This document shows, piece by piece, positions 1 to 8,179 of a DNA stretch of 64,000 nucleotides. The first letter of the stretch is position 1; each line of letters starts with the position of its first letter. The stretch lies in NCBI GenBank assembly GCA_018062805.1, contig JAGORN010000001.1:805-64804 (forward strand). Reading direction: 5' to 3'. The position numbers and the translations under genes were made by a program. The stretch comes from Candidatus Saccharimonadota bacterium. GTDB lineage: Bacteria; Patescibacteriota; Saccharimonadia; Saccharimonadales; CAIOMD01. Under the pieces are notes generated by a model that was given only the letters and a program-made list of their open reading frames with translations, searched no databases and was not told where the DNA came from.

Positions 1-296
1 TTAGGGGTTAGGGCTTCGTCTAGTTGCTGTTCTGCTTGAGTGATTTGTTCTTGAAGTTCGGCTACTTCTGCTATGGCGAGTTCAGCCAGTTCATCGCCAC
101 CGCCTAGTAAAGCTTCAGCCCCAATAAGCTGGTTCCTCAGTGACTGCAGTTGGTCGTAAAGCTTAATGGTGCTTTCTAGGTAACTTTGCCTTTTAGCTAT
201 TTTAGGGTAGGTTGGGTCGCTGTAAATAGAAGGGTCTTTGAGCTTACTATTAAGCTCGGTTAACTCGTCTTTTAAACTAAGAATTTTATTGTCCAT
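1..296 (-). CDS. prfA: peptide chain release factor 1, N-terminal part (gene continues beyond the window start)
   Basis: Minus-strand ATG at 296-294. My translation is MDNKILSLKDELTELNSKLKDPSIYSDPTYPKIAKRQSYLESTIKLYDQLQSLRNQL...AELQEQITQAEQQLDEALTP, which resembles the RF1 N-terminal (PCRF) region. The position downstream of rpmE is typical. It is absent from the ORF track because it is truncated. Confidence 0.7.
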   Translation of the reverse strand, partial: MDNKILSLKDELTELNSKLKDPSIYSDPTYPKIAKRQSYLESTIKLYDQLQSLRNQLIGAEALLGGGDELAELAIAEVAELQEQITQAEQQLDEALTP

Positions 297-393
297 AAAA
301 CAGAAATGTCATCTTTCAATTACTTATTGTACTCTAAACTCTAGCAAATAGCGCCACTCTTAAGGAGAGTGACGCTAGTTTTTTAAGCAATAA

Positions 394-759
394 CTATTTG
401 TCTTCGGTCTTGGTTTTTTGTTCGCTAGACCTTTCTTTATCTTCAGCGCTTTTTTTGGCTGGCTTTTTAGCAGCTTTTTCGGCTTTAGATATTTTAGCAG
501 CCTTGGCTTTTGCGGCGGCTTCGGCCCTAGCCTTAAACTTGTCGACTCGGCCTTCAACGTCAAGGATCTTTTCTTCGCCAGTAAAGAACGGGTGGCTAGT
601 GCTAGTAATGTGGACAGTCGCTAGTGGGTATTCTTTGCCATCTTTCCACTTAATAGTTTCTTCGGTTTTAATGGTAGATTTTGTCAAAAACGAAAAATCG
701 TTCGACAGGTCTTTAAAAACTACGGGGCGGTAGCTTTTGTCGTGTAGATCTTTTTTCAT
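394..759 (-). CDS. rpmE: 50S ribosomal protein L31 (type B, no Cys motif) with a Lys/Ala-rich C-terminal extension
   Basis: MKKDLH...HITSTSHPFFTGEEKILDVEGRVDKFKAR matches the L31 core. It is followed by a tail of about 45 aa, AEAAAKAKAAKISKAEKAAKKPAKK... Confidence 0.85.
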   Translation of the reverse strand: MKKDLHDKSYRPVVFKDLSNDFSFLTKSTIKTEETIKWKDGKEYPLATVHITSTSHPFFTGEEKILDVEGRVDKFKARAEAAAKAKAAKISKAEKAAKKPAKKSAEDKERSSEQKTKTEDK

Positions 760-1093
760 GGTCTCACTCTGTAGCGTTAGGTATTAAAGTTAGTCGGTTA
801 GCATGTTGCTACGTTGGCATGCAGTCGATTTTTATAACCGTCGTATTGTACCTAAGAAGTTGCTTGGTGTCAATAAAATAACAGAGGTTGATTATTTTGT
901 CGACGGTTAATTTAATACTACAAGTGATCAAGTGCGAACTAAAACGTGGTGGTTCTCGGCTGAAATTGCTAGGGTTGTAAATAATCTTCGTATCTGTTAT
1001 TGTAATTGTTGATTATAAATTTAACGAAGCAACCTTTTTGTAATATCCTCCCCGCTCGGGGTAACAAGTGAAAAGGTGAAGGAGAACAAGGAT

Positions 1094-1819
1094 ATGTCTA
1101 ACGTTGACATTAAGGCCCTACTTGAATCTGGTGCTCATTTTGGCCATAAAACAAGTAAGTGGCACCCAAAAATGGCTAAGTACATTCACTCTAAAAGAGG
1201 GGATAGCCACATTATTGACTTAACAAAAACTGTCGAGGAGCTTGAAGTTGCTCTAAAGTTTTTGGAAGAAACAGCCGCCAGTGGCCGACAAATATTGTTT
1301 GTTGGCACTAAAAGGCAAGCCAAAGACATTATTAAACAAGCTGCTGAAAGTGTTAGCCAGCCTTACGTCGTTAACCGCTGGATGGGTGGCATGCTAACTA
1401 ACACCAATACAATCAATACTAGAGTTAAAAAGCTTAAAGAGCTCGAAACAAAAATGGCAACTGGTGAGCTGGCTGCTAAATATAACAAATTAGAAGTCCA
1501 AAGATACCAAGAACAAATTGACCTAATGAACTTCAATTTTGGGGGTATAAAAGAGCTTAATGGTCGTCCAGGAGCGCTTTTTGTAGTCGATATTCTAGAA
1601 GAAGCTAACGCTGTTAAAGAAGCTAACAAACTTGGTATTCCAGTCGTAGCAATTTTAGACACCAACGCCAACCCCGACTTAGTTAAGTACCCAATCCCAG
1701 CTAACGACGATGCCATCAAGGCAATCCAACTTATAACTGACTACGTGGCTAAGGCAGTTGAAGCTGGACGTGGCAAACACTCTCAAAAAAGCAATAAAGA
1801 AGATAAGGTGGAAAAATAA
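1094..1819 (+). CDS. rpsB: 30S ribosomal protein S2
   Basis: MSNVDIKALLESGAHFGHKTSKWHPKM is the S2 signature. GAAGGAG SD at 1078-1084, 9 nt upstream of ATG 1094. The track ORF starts at an upstream in-frame GTG at 1076. Confidence 0.95.
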   Translation: MSNVDIKALLESGAHFGHKTSKWHPKMAKYIHSKRGDSHIIDLTKTVEELEVALKFLEETAASGRQILFVGTKRQAKDIIKQAAESVSQPYVVNRWMGGMLTNTNTINTRVKKLKELETKMATGELAAKYNKLEVQRYQEQIDLMNFNFGGIKELNGRPGALFVVDILEEANAVKEANKLGIPVVAILDTNANPDLVKYPIPANDDAIKAIQLITDYVAKAVEAGRGKHSQKSNKEDKVEK

Positions 1820-2412
1820 TGGCAGTAGACATTGAAACAATTAAAAGATTACGCGAACTAACTGGTGTTGGTATAACCGATGCCAAAAACGCCCTAGTTG
1901 ACGCTAGCGGTGACTTTGACAAAGCTCTTGAAGCAATGCGCAAGAAAGGTCTAACCAAGGCCGAAAAGCGCGGTGAGCGCGAAGCACGGGCCGGAGTAGT
2001 TGGTAGTTACTTGCACGACAACAGAATTGGCGTTTTAGTAGAAGTAAACTGCGAAACCGACTTTGTCGCTCGGAACGAAAAATTCACTGAAATTGTTAAA
2101 GACGTCGCCATGCACATTGCTGCTAGTAGTCCTGAATACGTCAGTTCCGATGACATTCCAGCCGATGTTAAGAAAAAAGCCGAAGCTGAGTTTAGCGAAA
2201 AAGTAAAAGCAGAAGGCAAGCCAGAAAAAATGGTTCCCCAAATTGTTCAGGGTATGCTGAAGAAACATTTTGCTGAAAAATGTTTACTTGACCAACCCTT
2301 CATCAAAAACCCTGACCAAACAGTCGACCAATATGTAAAAGAGGGAATAGCAATTTTAGGCGAAAATATCGTTATAAGACGCTTTAGCCGAATTGCTCTA
2401 GGCGAGCTCTAG
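1819..2412 (+). CDS. tsf: translation elongation factor Ts (short form)
   Basis: IKRLRELTGVGITDAKNALVDASGDFDKALEAMRKKG is the UBA-like N-terminus and CETDFVARNEKF is the core. TAATG overlap with the rpsB stop. Confidence 0.95.
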   Translation: MAVDIETIKRLRELTGVGITDAKNALVDASGDFDKALEAMRKKGLTKAEKRGEREARAGVVGSYLHDNRIGVLVEVNCETDFVARNEKFTEIVKDVAMHIAASSPEYVSSDDIPADVKKKAEAEFSEKVKAEGKPEKMVPQIVQGMLKKHFAEKCLLDQPFIKNPDQTVDQYVKEGIAILGENIVIRRFSRIALGEL

Positions 2413-2432
2413 AACCTAGTGGTAAATAAACT

Positions 2433-2464
2433 AAAAACTCGGTCACTAGTTGACCGAGTTTTTA
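2433..2464 (+). terminator. rho-independent terminator after tsf
   Basis: CTCGGTCA (2438-2445) pairs with TGACCGAG (2451-2458) across a 5-nt loop, followed by a T-run at 2459-2463. Confidence 0.8.
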
Positions 2465-2568
2465 AATTGTAACCTTAATAACACATTAATATATGTTAAA
2501 ACTATAATTAAAATACACAGATAAGTGTTTAATAGGTACTGCTATTAGTGTAAAATAGGGTCTAATAT

Positions 2569-3270
2569 ATGACTGAGACAAAAAAAGCTGCGGACGGATT
2601 ACATGTTGGCATTATTCTAGATGGCAATAGGCGCTGGGCCAAAGAAAAAGGTAAGCCCAGCTTAGAGGGTCACAGGCGAGGCTACGAGAAATTAAAAGAC
2701 ATTGCAACTCACGCTTTCGATAGGGGTGTAGGGACTTTGTCGGCTTATATCTTTTCTACTGAAAACTGGGACAGAACTAAAAAAGAAGTAAATTATTTAA
2801 TGAACCTAGCTCTCAAGATGGTCACTAAAGACCTAAAGGAGCTAGATGAAAAAAATATCAGAGTTGTATGGCTTGGTACTCCCGAAAAACTGAGTAAAAA
2901 ACTTATTTCAGCACTCAAAAACGCTGAAGATAAAACTAAAAATAACACCGCTGGTACACTTGCTCTTTGTTTCAACTATGGTGGTCAGGTAGAAATAGCC
3001 GAAGCTTTCAAGAAAATATTTAGCGATGGGTACACAGAAGCAGATATAAATGCAGAGCTAATTAGTGAATATTTGTATCAACCGCAAGTGCCACCTGTTG
3101 ATCTAATTATTAGAACTTCTGGTGAACAAAGACTGAGTAATTTTATGTTATGGCGAGCGGCTTACAGCGAACTCTATTTCTCAGATAAATATTGGCCAGA
3201 CTTTAGTACAATAGACTTAGAAGAAGCTTTAGAAAATTATGAAAATCGAAAAAGAAGATTCGGAAAATAG
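2569..3270 (+). CDS. uppS: undecaprenyl diphosphate synthase (isoprenyl transferase)
   Basis: HVGIILDGNRRWAKEKG and IRTSGEQRLSNFMLWRAAYSELYF motifs. Confidence 0.95.
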   Translation: MTETKKAADGLHVGIILDGNRRWAKEKGKPSLEGHRRGYEKLKDIATHAFDRGVGTLSAYIFSTENWDRTKKEVNYLMNLALKMVTKDLKELDEKNIRVVWLGTPEKLSKKLISALKNAEDKTKNNTAGTLALCFNYGGQVEIAEAFKKIFSDGYTEADINAELISEYLYQPQVPPVDLIIRTSGEQRLSNFMLWRAAYSELYFSDKYWPDFSTIDLEEALENYENRKRRFGK

Positions 3271-3279
3271 GAGGAAGTA

Positions 3280-4437
3280 GTGGGTTTATTAATATTTGGT
3301 TTATTTTCTTTTGTGCTACTAGTTGTAGCTCATGAGTACGGTCACTTTTTAGTGGCCAAGAAAAAAGGTGTCGAAGTTGAAGAGTTCGGGGTCGGTTTTC
3401 CGCCAAAAATTTTTGGTCGCAAAATGGGTAAGGGAATTTTTGAAGGCTACTACACCGTTAACCTATTACCGCTTGGTGGCTTTGTTCGTTTGAAAGGCGA
3501 GCACGATGCAGACAAAGAAAAAGGTGCGTTCGGTTCAGTAAGTACTAGCGCCAAGCTCCAAATTATGTTGGCTGGAGTGCTGGTTAACTACCTACTGGCG
3601 GTGGTTTTATTTACGATTGTTGCGTGGGTAGGCATGCCACAGTTAGTGCCAAATCAGTTTAGTGTTAAGTCTAACGAAACAATCAGCCGTAGCGACGTGG
3701 TCAGTAATTTTGTAGACGAAGGTTCGCCGGCCGCTAGCGCTGGAATAGTTTCTGGGGACATTATAAAAAGTATTAACAACCAGTCAATAAGTACCAGCCA
3801 GGAACTAATTGACGCCGCAAAGTCTAACGCTGGTCAAGAAGTTACAATTAGTTTTATTCATAAAGGAGATACTCGGCAGTCGGAAACTACCTTACTTAGC
3901 TCTCAGGAGGTAGAAGCTAGTAAACAAACAGATAACCCCAAAGGCTATTTGGGTGTTGTCCCTACCGAATACAAGCTAGCGACTTACACTTGGGCAGCTC
4001 CTGTCGTGGCCGTCGGTAGCACGGTTCAATTTAGTTGGTTGACCTTAAAAGCAATTGGTAGTTCACTGGCAGCGCTCGGAAAAGCATTTGTTAATGCCGT
4101 AACTGGCGACGGTACAGCCGCCAAGCAAGAAGCATCTAAAGCTAGCGAAAATGTTTCGGGCCCTGTGGGCATATTTGCTATTTTGCAACAGGGAACAGCA
4201 TTAGGTTATCAATTCATTCTATTTGTTATAGCGCTTATTAGTTTAACTCTGGCTATAATGAACTTTTTGCCTATACCCGCTTTAGACGGTGGTCGGGCTT
4301 TTGTGATGCTCCTATTTAGGGCTATGAAAAAACCTTTGACCGCCAAACGAGAAGAACTGATTCACGGAACGGGCTTTGCTCTGTTAATACTCCTATTTGT
4401 TGTCATCACTATTGTAGATGTCCGAAGATTTTACTAA
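3280..4437 (+). CDS. rseP: RIP (site-2) zinc metalloprotease, M50 family with PDZ domain
   Basis: HEYGHFLVAKKKGV (HExxH) and NFLPIPALDGG (NxxPxxxLDG) motifs, multiple TM segments. AGGAGG SD before the GTG start. Confidence 0.9.
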   Translation: MGLLIFGLFSFVLLVVAHEYGHFLVAKKKGVEVEEFGVGFPPKIFGRKMGKGIFEGYYTVNLLPLGGFVRLKGEHDADKEKGAFGSVSTSAKLQIMLAGVLVNYLLAVVLFTIVAWVGMPQLVPNQFSVKSNETISRSDVVSNFVDEGSPAASAGIVSGDIIKSINNQSISTSQELIDAAKSNAGQEVTISFIHKGDTRQSETTLLSSQEVEASKQTDNPKGYLGVVPTEYKLATYTWAAPVVAVGSTVQFSWLTLKAIGSSLAALGKAFVNAVTGDGTAAKQEASKASENVSGPVGIFAILQQGTALGYQFILFVIALISLTLAIMNFLPIPALDGGRAFVMLLFRAMKKPLTAKREELIHGTGFALLILLFVVITIVDVRRFY

Positions 4438-5309
4438 TGAGCGATAAAAATAAAAAACTAGTAGAACCAAACACTAAAAAAGGTACTGTGAAATGGGGTG
4501 CCAAACCGGCTATTTGGCTAACATTTTTAGCCTACATTGTTTCCCAGTTAGCTGTTTTACTGCCTTACGGTTTTGTTTATTTAGTTAATGGCAAAGAAGA
4601 AGCAAGCGTATTTTTCGAGGACAGTGTCTGGGCCTCTTTCTTTTTAATTGCTTTTTCGGCGGTAACCATGGTTTCTGTCATTGTTTTATATTTGAAAAAG
4701 AAAAAACTCAAACTAGCTTCTTTAGGTTTTCGAGCTTTAAAGCCTACCGATTTTGGTTGGTTGATAATTTTTGGTCTAGGTTATTTGATTATTAGCGCTA
4801 CTGTTCTGTCGCTAGCTAGCTTAGTACCTGGTTTTGACCTCAACCAGGAACAAGAACTTGGCTTTGGGGTGGTAGCAGGTTGGCAGTTGGTGGCCGTATT
4901 TATAAGTCTGGTGCTAATTCCACCTTTGGCAGAAGAAATTGTCTTTAGAGGCTTTTTTTACAGGGGCCTAAAGAATCAATTCATTACTAAACAGGTGATA
5001 CTCGCCGGTGTGGTTATGGCTGGCTTGACAGCACTTTTAACAACTAACCCGGCTACCGGTTTAGTAATTATATCTATGAGCTTACTGGCCGTTTTTGTAG
5101 CTAAAAAAAATATCAAACTCGGCTCGGCACTCTTTGTCAGTAGCGTTTTTGGTTTGGTTCACGGGCAGTGGAATGTTGCGCTCGATACTTTTGTACTGTC
5201 TATGGTTATGATTGCTTTGTATGAAAAAACCAACAATTTATGGGCATCGGTTTTACTACATGGCATCAAAAATTTCATCGCCTTTATGGCCCTCTTCGTC
5301 ATCAAGTAA
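4437..5309 (+). CDS. CPBP-family (CAAX-type) intramembrane glutamic protease
   Basis: Polytopic membrane protein with an EEIVFRGFFY motif and a distal FGLVHG...HGIKNF motif. TAATG overlap with rseP. Confidence 0.75.
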   Translation: MSDKNKKLVEPNTKKGTVKWGAKPAIWLTFLAYIVSQLAVLLPYGFVYLVNGKEEASVFFEDSVWASFFLIAFSAVTMVSVIVLYLKKKKLKLASLGFRALKPTDFGWLIIFGLGYLIISATVLSLASLVPGFDLNQEQELGFGVVAGWQLVAVFISLVLIPPLAEEIVFRGFFYRGLKNQFITKQVILAGVVMAGLTALLTTNPATGLVIISMSLLAVFVAKKNIKLGSALFVSSVFGLVHGQWNVALDTFVLSMVMIALYEKTNNLWASVLLHGIKNFIAFMALFVIK

Positions 5310-5399
5310 AAAATAGTTGCTACCGCTAGTAGTTTTTTTATTTGGCATGTCGATATAGCGTAAATTGAGTTACAATTGTTCTTAAAGAAGTTTTTTAAA

Positions 5400-6497
5400 A
5401 TGGAAGAATATATAGAAAATCTCAAAGTTGTTGGCTCTCTAAGTAAATTATTTAGCGATAGCTCAAAGCCATATCTTTATTACAGGGTTGCCGAAAAACT
5501 ATACAATCAAGCTTTCGGGGCTACTGACGTATCTCGTAATGATATAGCTATTGATTCTATTTTTAAGAAAAAAGGCGTTGGTTTAAAAACATTTGTTGGT
5601 CATAATGGCAAAAAATCATATCAAAAAGTTGCTGAGTTTAATGCTTTGAAGGTTGAACTAGATAATATACTAGCTAATAGAGGTCAAAAAGAGTATATCA
5701 AAGCAATATCTAACTATCGCAATGATAGAATAAGTTATGCTCTAGATACATTTGATTTGAATGGTGCGATTTACCACAGTGTAGTACGAGACGTTGGAAA
5801 GTTCAAAATAATCGAAGAGCCTATGCATTTAATACAAGTAGATGATATCCAAAATATTAAAGGCGATAAAATAATCAATTTTGATGACGGCATAGAAGCT
5901 TATAAATATAATGTGTCTAAAAGTACGCTCTTTAAACAATTTAATGAATCTAGCGTCCTAGAAGTTTTTGATGTCAAAATTGTTGACAGCCCGCTAGAAA
6001 CCCTGAAGAAACTAACTCAAAAACTAAAAATTGATAATACCGTTAGTGAGCAGGCGTCTGTTATTCTACCTCTTTACTCTACTAGAACTGGTAAAGTGCC
6101 AGAGCGTAGTGGCCTAAACCAATGGAACGCTGAAGGTAGACCTAGGAATTTATTTGAGATTTACATATCAGTACCTGCATTCATTCACAAAAAATTTCCC
6201 GATTTTTTTCCAGCAAGAGATACTAAATTCTCTTTACTGTTACCTAATAAAAAAGTGGTAAGTGCTAAAATTTGTCAAGATAATGGTAAAGCCTTAATGA
6301 GTGATCCGAATGCTGAATTGGGAGAATGGTTATTTAGAAAAGGATTAAATTTTCAACCAGGAAAGTTAGTTTCACGAGAGATGCTAAATAGGGTAGGGAT
6401 TGATAGCGTAGAAATAACTAAAAAAGACAGTAATGAATATGAACTTAGTTTAAGAAAACTCGGCTCCTTTGATGAATTTGTCGGTATGAATAGTTAA
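5400..6497 (+). CDS. putative type II restriction endonuclease (specificity unknown)
   Basis: Orphan 365-aa protein, tail to tail (10-bp gap) with a C5-methyltransferase gene. About 27-33% GC in sampled 60-nt lines, against about 40-45% in flanking genes. Possible PD-(D/E)XK-like element DIAIDS...GVGLKT. The function is assigned by context only. Confidence 0.5.
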   Translation: MEEYIENLKVVGSLSKLFSDSSKPYLYYRVAEKLYNQAFGATDVSRNDIAIDSIFKKKGVGLKTFVGHNGKKSYQKVAEFNALKVELDNILANRGQKEYIKAISNYRNDRISYALDTFDLNGAIYHSVVRDVGKFKIIEEPMHLIQVDDIQNIKGDKIINFDDGIEAYKYNVSKSTLFKQFNESSVLEVFDVKIVDSPLETLKKLTQKLKIDNTVSEQASVILPLYSTRTGKVPERSGLNQWNAEGRPRNLFEIYISVPAFIHKKFPDFFPARDTKFSLLLPNKKVVSAKICQDNGKALMSDPNAELGEWLFRKGLNFQPGKLVSREMLNRVGIDSVEITKKDSNEYELSLRKLGSFDEFVGMNS

Positions 6498-6507
6498 TAG
6501 TTTACAC

Positions 6508-8064
6508 TCACAGTACCTTCATCATAGATTCAGCAATACGTTCGATGACCGGTACGGTGACCGAGTTTCCTGCTTGTTTATAAAGTGCCGAGTCGGCAAG
6601 ATTTTTAGGTAGCTTGAAGTCGTCTGGGAACCCTTGTAACCTAAAGCACTCCCTTGGAGTAAGTTTTCTGATACCTTTTTTATCTTTAATTATCGGCACG
6701 TTGTGGCCTCCCATTCCCATGTTGGCTGTTAGGGTCGGGCAGACTCCTTTCTTATTCTTTCTAACGTATTGCCTTCTCCATTGATAAACCTGACCTTCTT
6801 CGTTTACATCATTTTTAATTCTATTGTATAGTGGTTTACCATCGTAATAATATTTTTCTCCTACAGTAGCTTCTAAAAGATCTTTAACTTGGGTGGTTAA
6901 ATCAATTTTTTCTGGAAATTGAAATTCCTCAGTTTTAGTTTTGTCTTTGAACCCGACTATATATATTCTTTCTCTATTTTGAGGCACGTTGCCATAATCC
7001 ATACTGTTAAGAACTTTTGTTTTTATATGATAACCAAGTTCTTTTAAAACTTGTTCAATAACTTTGAAAGTGTTGCCATTGTCGTGAGATTTTAAATTTT
7101 TGACGTTTTCCAGCAAGAAGCCAGTAGGTTGCTTTTTTTTGAGTATTTCCGCAATATCAAAAAAAAGGTTACCTCTATCTTTTTCGTCTTTAAAACCCTG
7201 TCTATGGCCTGCAATTGAAAAAGCTTGGCAAGGGAAGCCACCCAGTAATAAATCAAATTTTGGTAGGTCATCTATGTCGATTTTTCGTATATCCTCGACC
7301 GTCAGCTTTGTTGTTTCAAAGTTTAAATCATAGGTATATGAGCACGATTTTTCAAAATCGTTGGCGAAAACGGTTTCAAAACCAGCTTTTTCAAAACCGA
7401 GCCTAATTCCACCAATACCTGCAAATAAATCTAGCGTTTTATACGGCTTCACGGCAGTCTTCGGGGTTTGGTTGTTAATTCTTCTTCTTATTTCATAAAC
7501 AACTCCTCTAACTTCTACTTCTTCCCGAAAAAGAGGCAATAGCGCTTGGTTTGCTGGTTGGAGTCTGAAACCATTAGTTTCTCGGAATAGTTTTTTGAGA
7601 GTCGCTTTTTCGTTGTCGATAATTGCAACGACAGTTTGACCGTTCTGTGCGCTAGACTGTTTTTTAATAATTACCACGTCGCCATCAAAAATTCCCTCGT
7701 CTATCATGCTATCTCCTGCAACATTTAGAGCGAAAAACTCTTCATGCTCTGAGAGGTTATAAGCTTCGATATAATCATTTTCAACTTCTTCATAGACATC
7801 TATTGGCTGACCAGCAGTTATTGTTCCGATAATTGGTACTTTAAGTAGTGTCGGTTCGTTTTTTTCTAAAATTAAGAGCTCGCCATAGTTATCACCTTGG
7901 CTTAGATAGCCTTTTTTAATTAACTCTTTAACGTGCTGATGAACTGTAGAGGGAGATTTAACTCCCATGCTTTCAGCAATTATCTTCAAGGTCGGGGAAT
8001 AGCCATTTTCTAGCGTGTATTGCTCTATGAACTTAAGGGTTTTTCTTTGTTTTGAAGTGATCAT
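6508..8064 (-). CDS. fusion protein: full-length LexA-like repressor (wHTH plus S24 peptidase) joined to a DNA (cytosine-5)-methyltransferase
   Basis: The N-terminus MITSKQRKTLKFIEQYTLENGYSPTLKIIAESMGVKSPSTVHQHVKELIKKGYL is a LexA wHTH. IIGTITAGQP gives the Ala-Gly cleavage site, VAGDSM the Ser nucleophile and ATLKKL the Lys. The C-terminal half has DLFAGIGG (motif I), GFPCQAFSIAG (IV), ENVKNL (VI), QNRERIYIVGF (VIII) and GNSVTVPV (X). It is one uninterrupted ORF. The likely start is Met14 of the track ORF. Confidence 0.85.
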   Translation of the reverse strand: MITSKQRKTLKFIEQYTLENGYSPTLKIIAESMGVKSPSTVHQHVKELIKKGYLSQGDNYGELLILEKNEPTLLKVPIIGTITAGQPIDVYEEVENDYIEAYNLSEHEEFFALNVAGDSMIDEGIFDGDVVIIKKQSSAQNGQTVVAIIDNEKATLKKLFRETNGFRLQPANQALLPLFREEVEVRGVVYEIRRRINNQTPKTAVKPYKTLDLFAGIGGIRLGFEKAGFETVFANDFEKSCSYTYDLNFETTKLTVEDIRKIDIDDLPKFDLLLGGFPCQAFSIAGHRQGFKDEKDRGNLFFDIAEILKKKQPTGFLLENVKNLKSHDNGNTFKVIEQVLKELGYHIKTKVLNSMDYGNVPQNRERIYIVGFKDKTKTEEFQFPEKIDLTTQVKDLLEATVGEKYYYDGKPLYNRIKNDVNEEGQVYQWRRQYVRKNKKGVCPTLTANMGMGGHNVPIIKDKKGIRKLTPRECFRLQGFPDDFKLPKNLADSALYKQAGNSVTVPVIERIAESMMKVL

Positions 8065-8119
8065 ATAGGAATAATATACGAAAAAAACAGAAAAGTGAAG
8101 CATTTTTTATAATACTATA

Positions 8120-8136
8120 AATATTGATTCAATATT
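8120..8136. promoter_or_regulatory. 17-bp perfect palindrome AATATTGA-T-TCAATATT, candidate operator
   Basis: Perfect 8+1+8 inverted repeat, 56 nt upstream of the LexA-MTase ATG. It lies in the divergent intergenic region shared with proS and contains a TTGAAT -35-like hexamer on the minus strand. Confidence 0.4.
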
Positions 8137-8179
8137 GCGTCCAGTTGGTTGTGGTGAGGGTCTGGTATAATTGCTAGAC

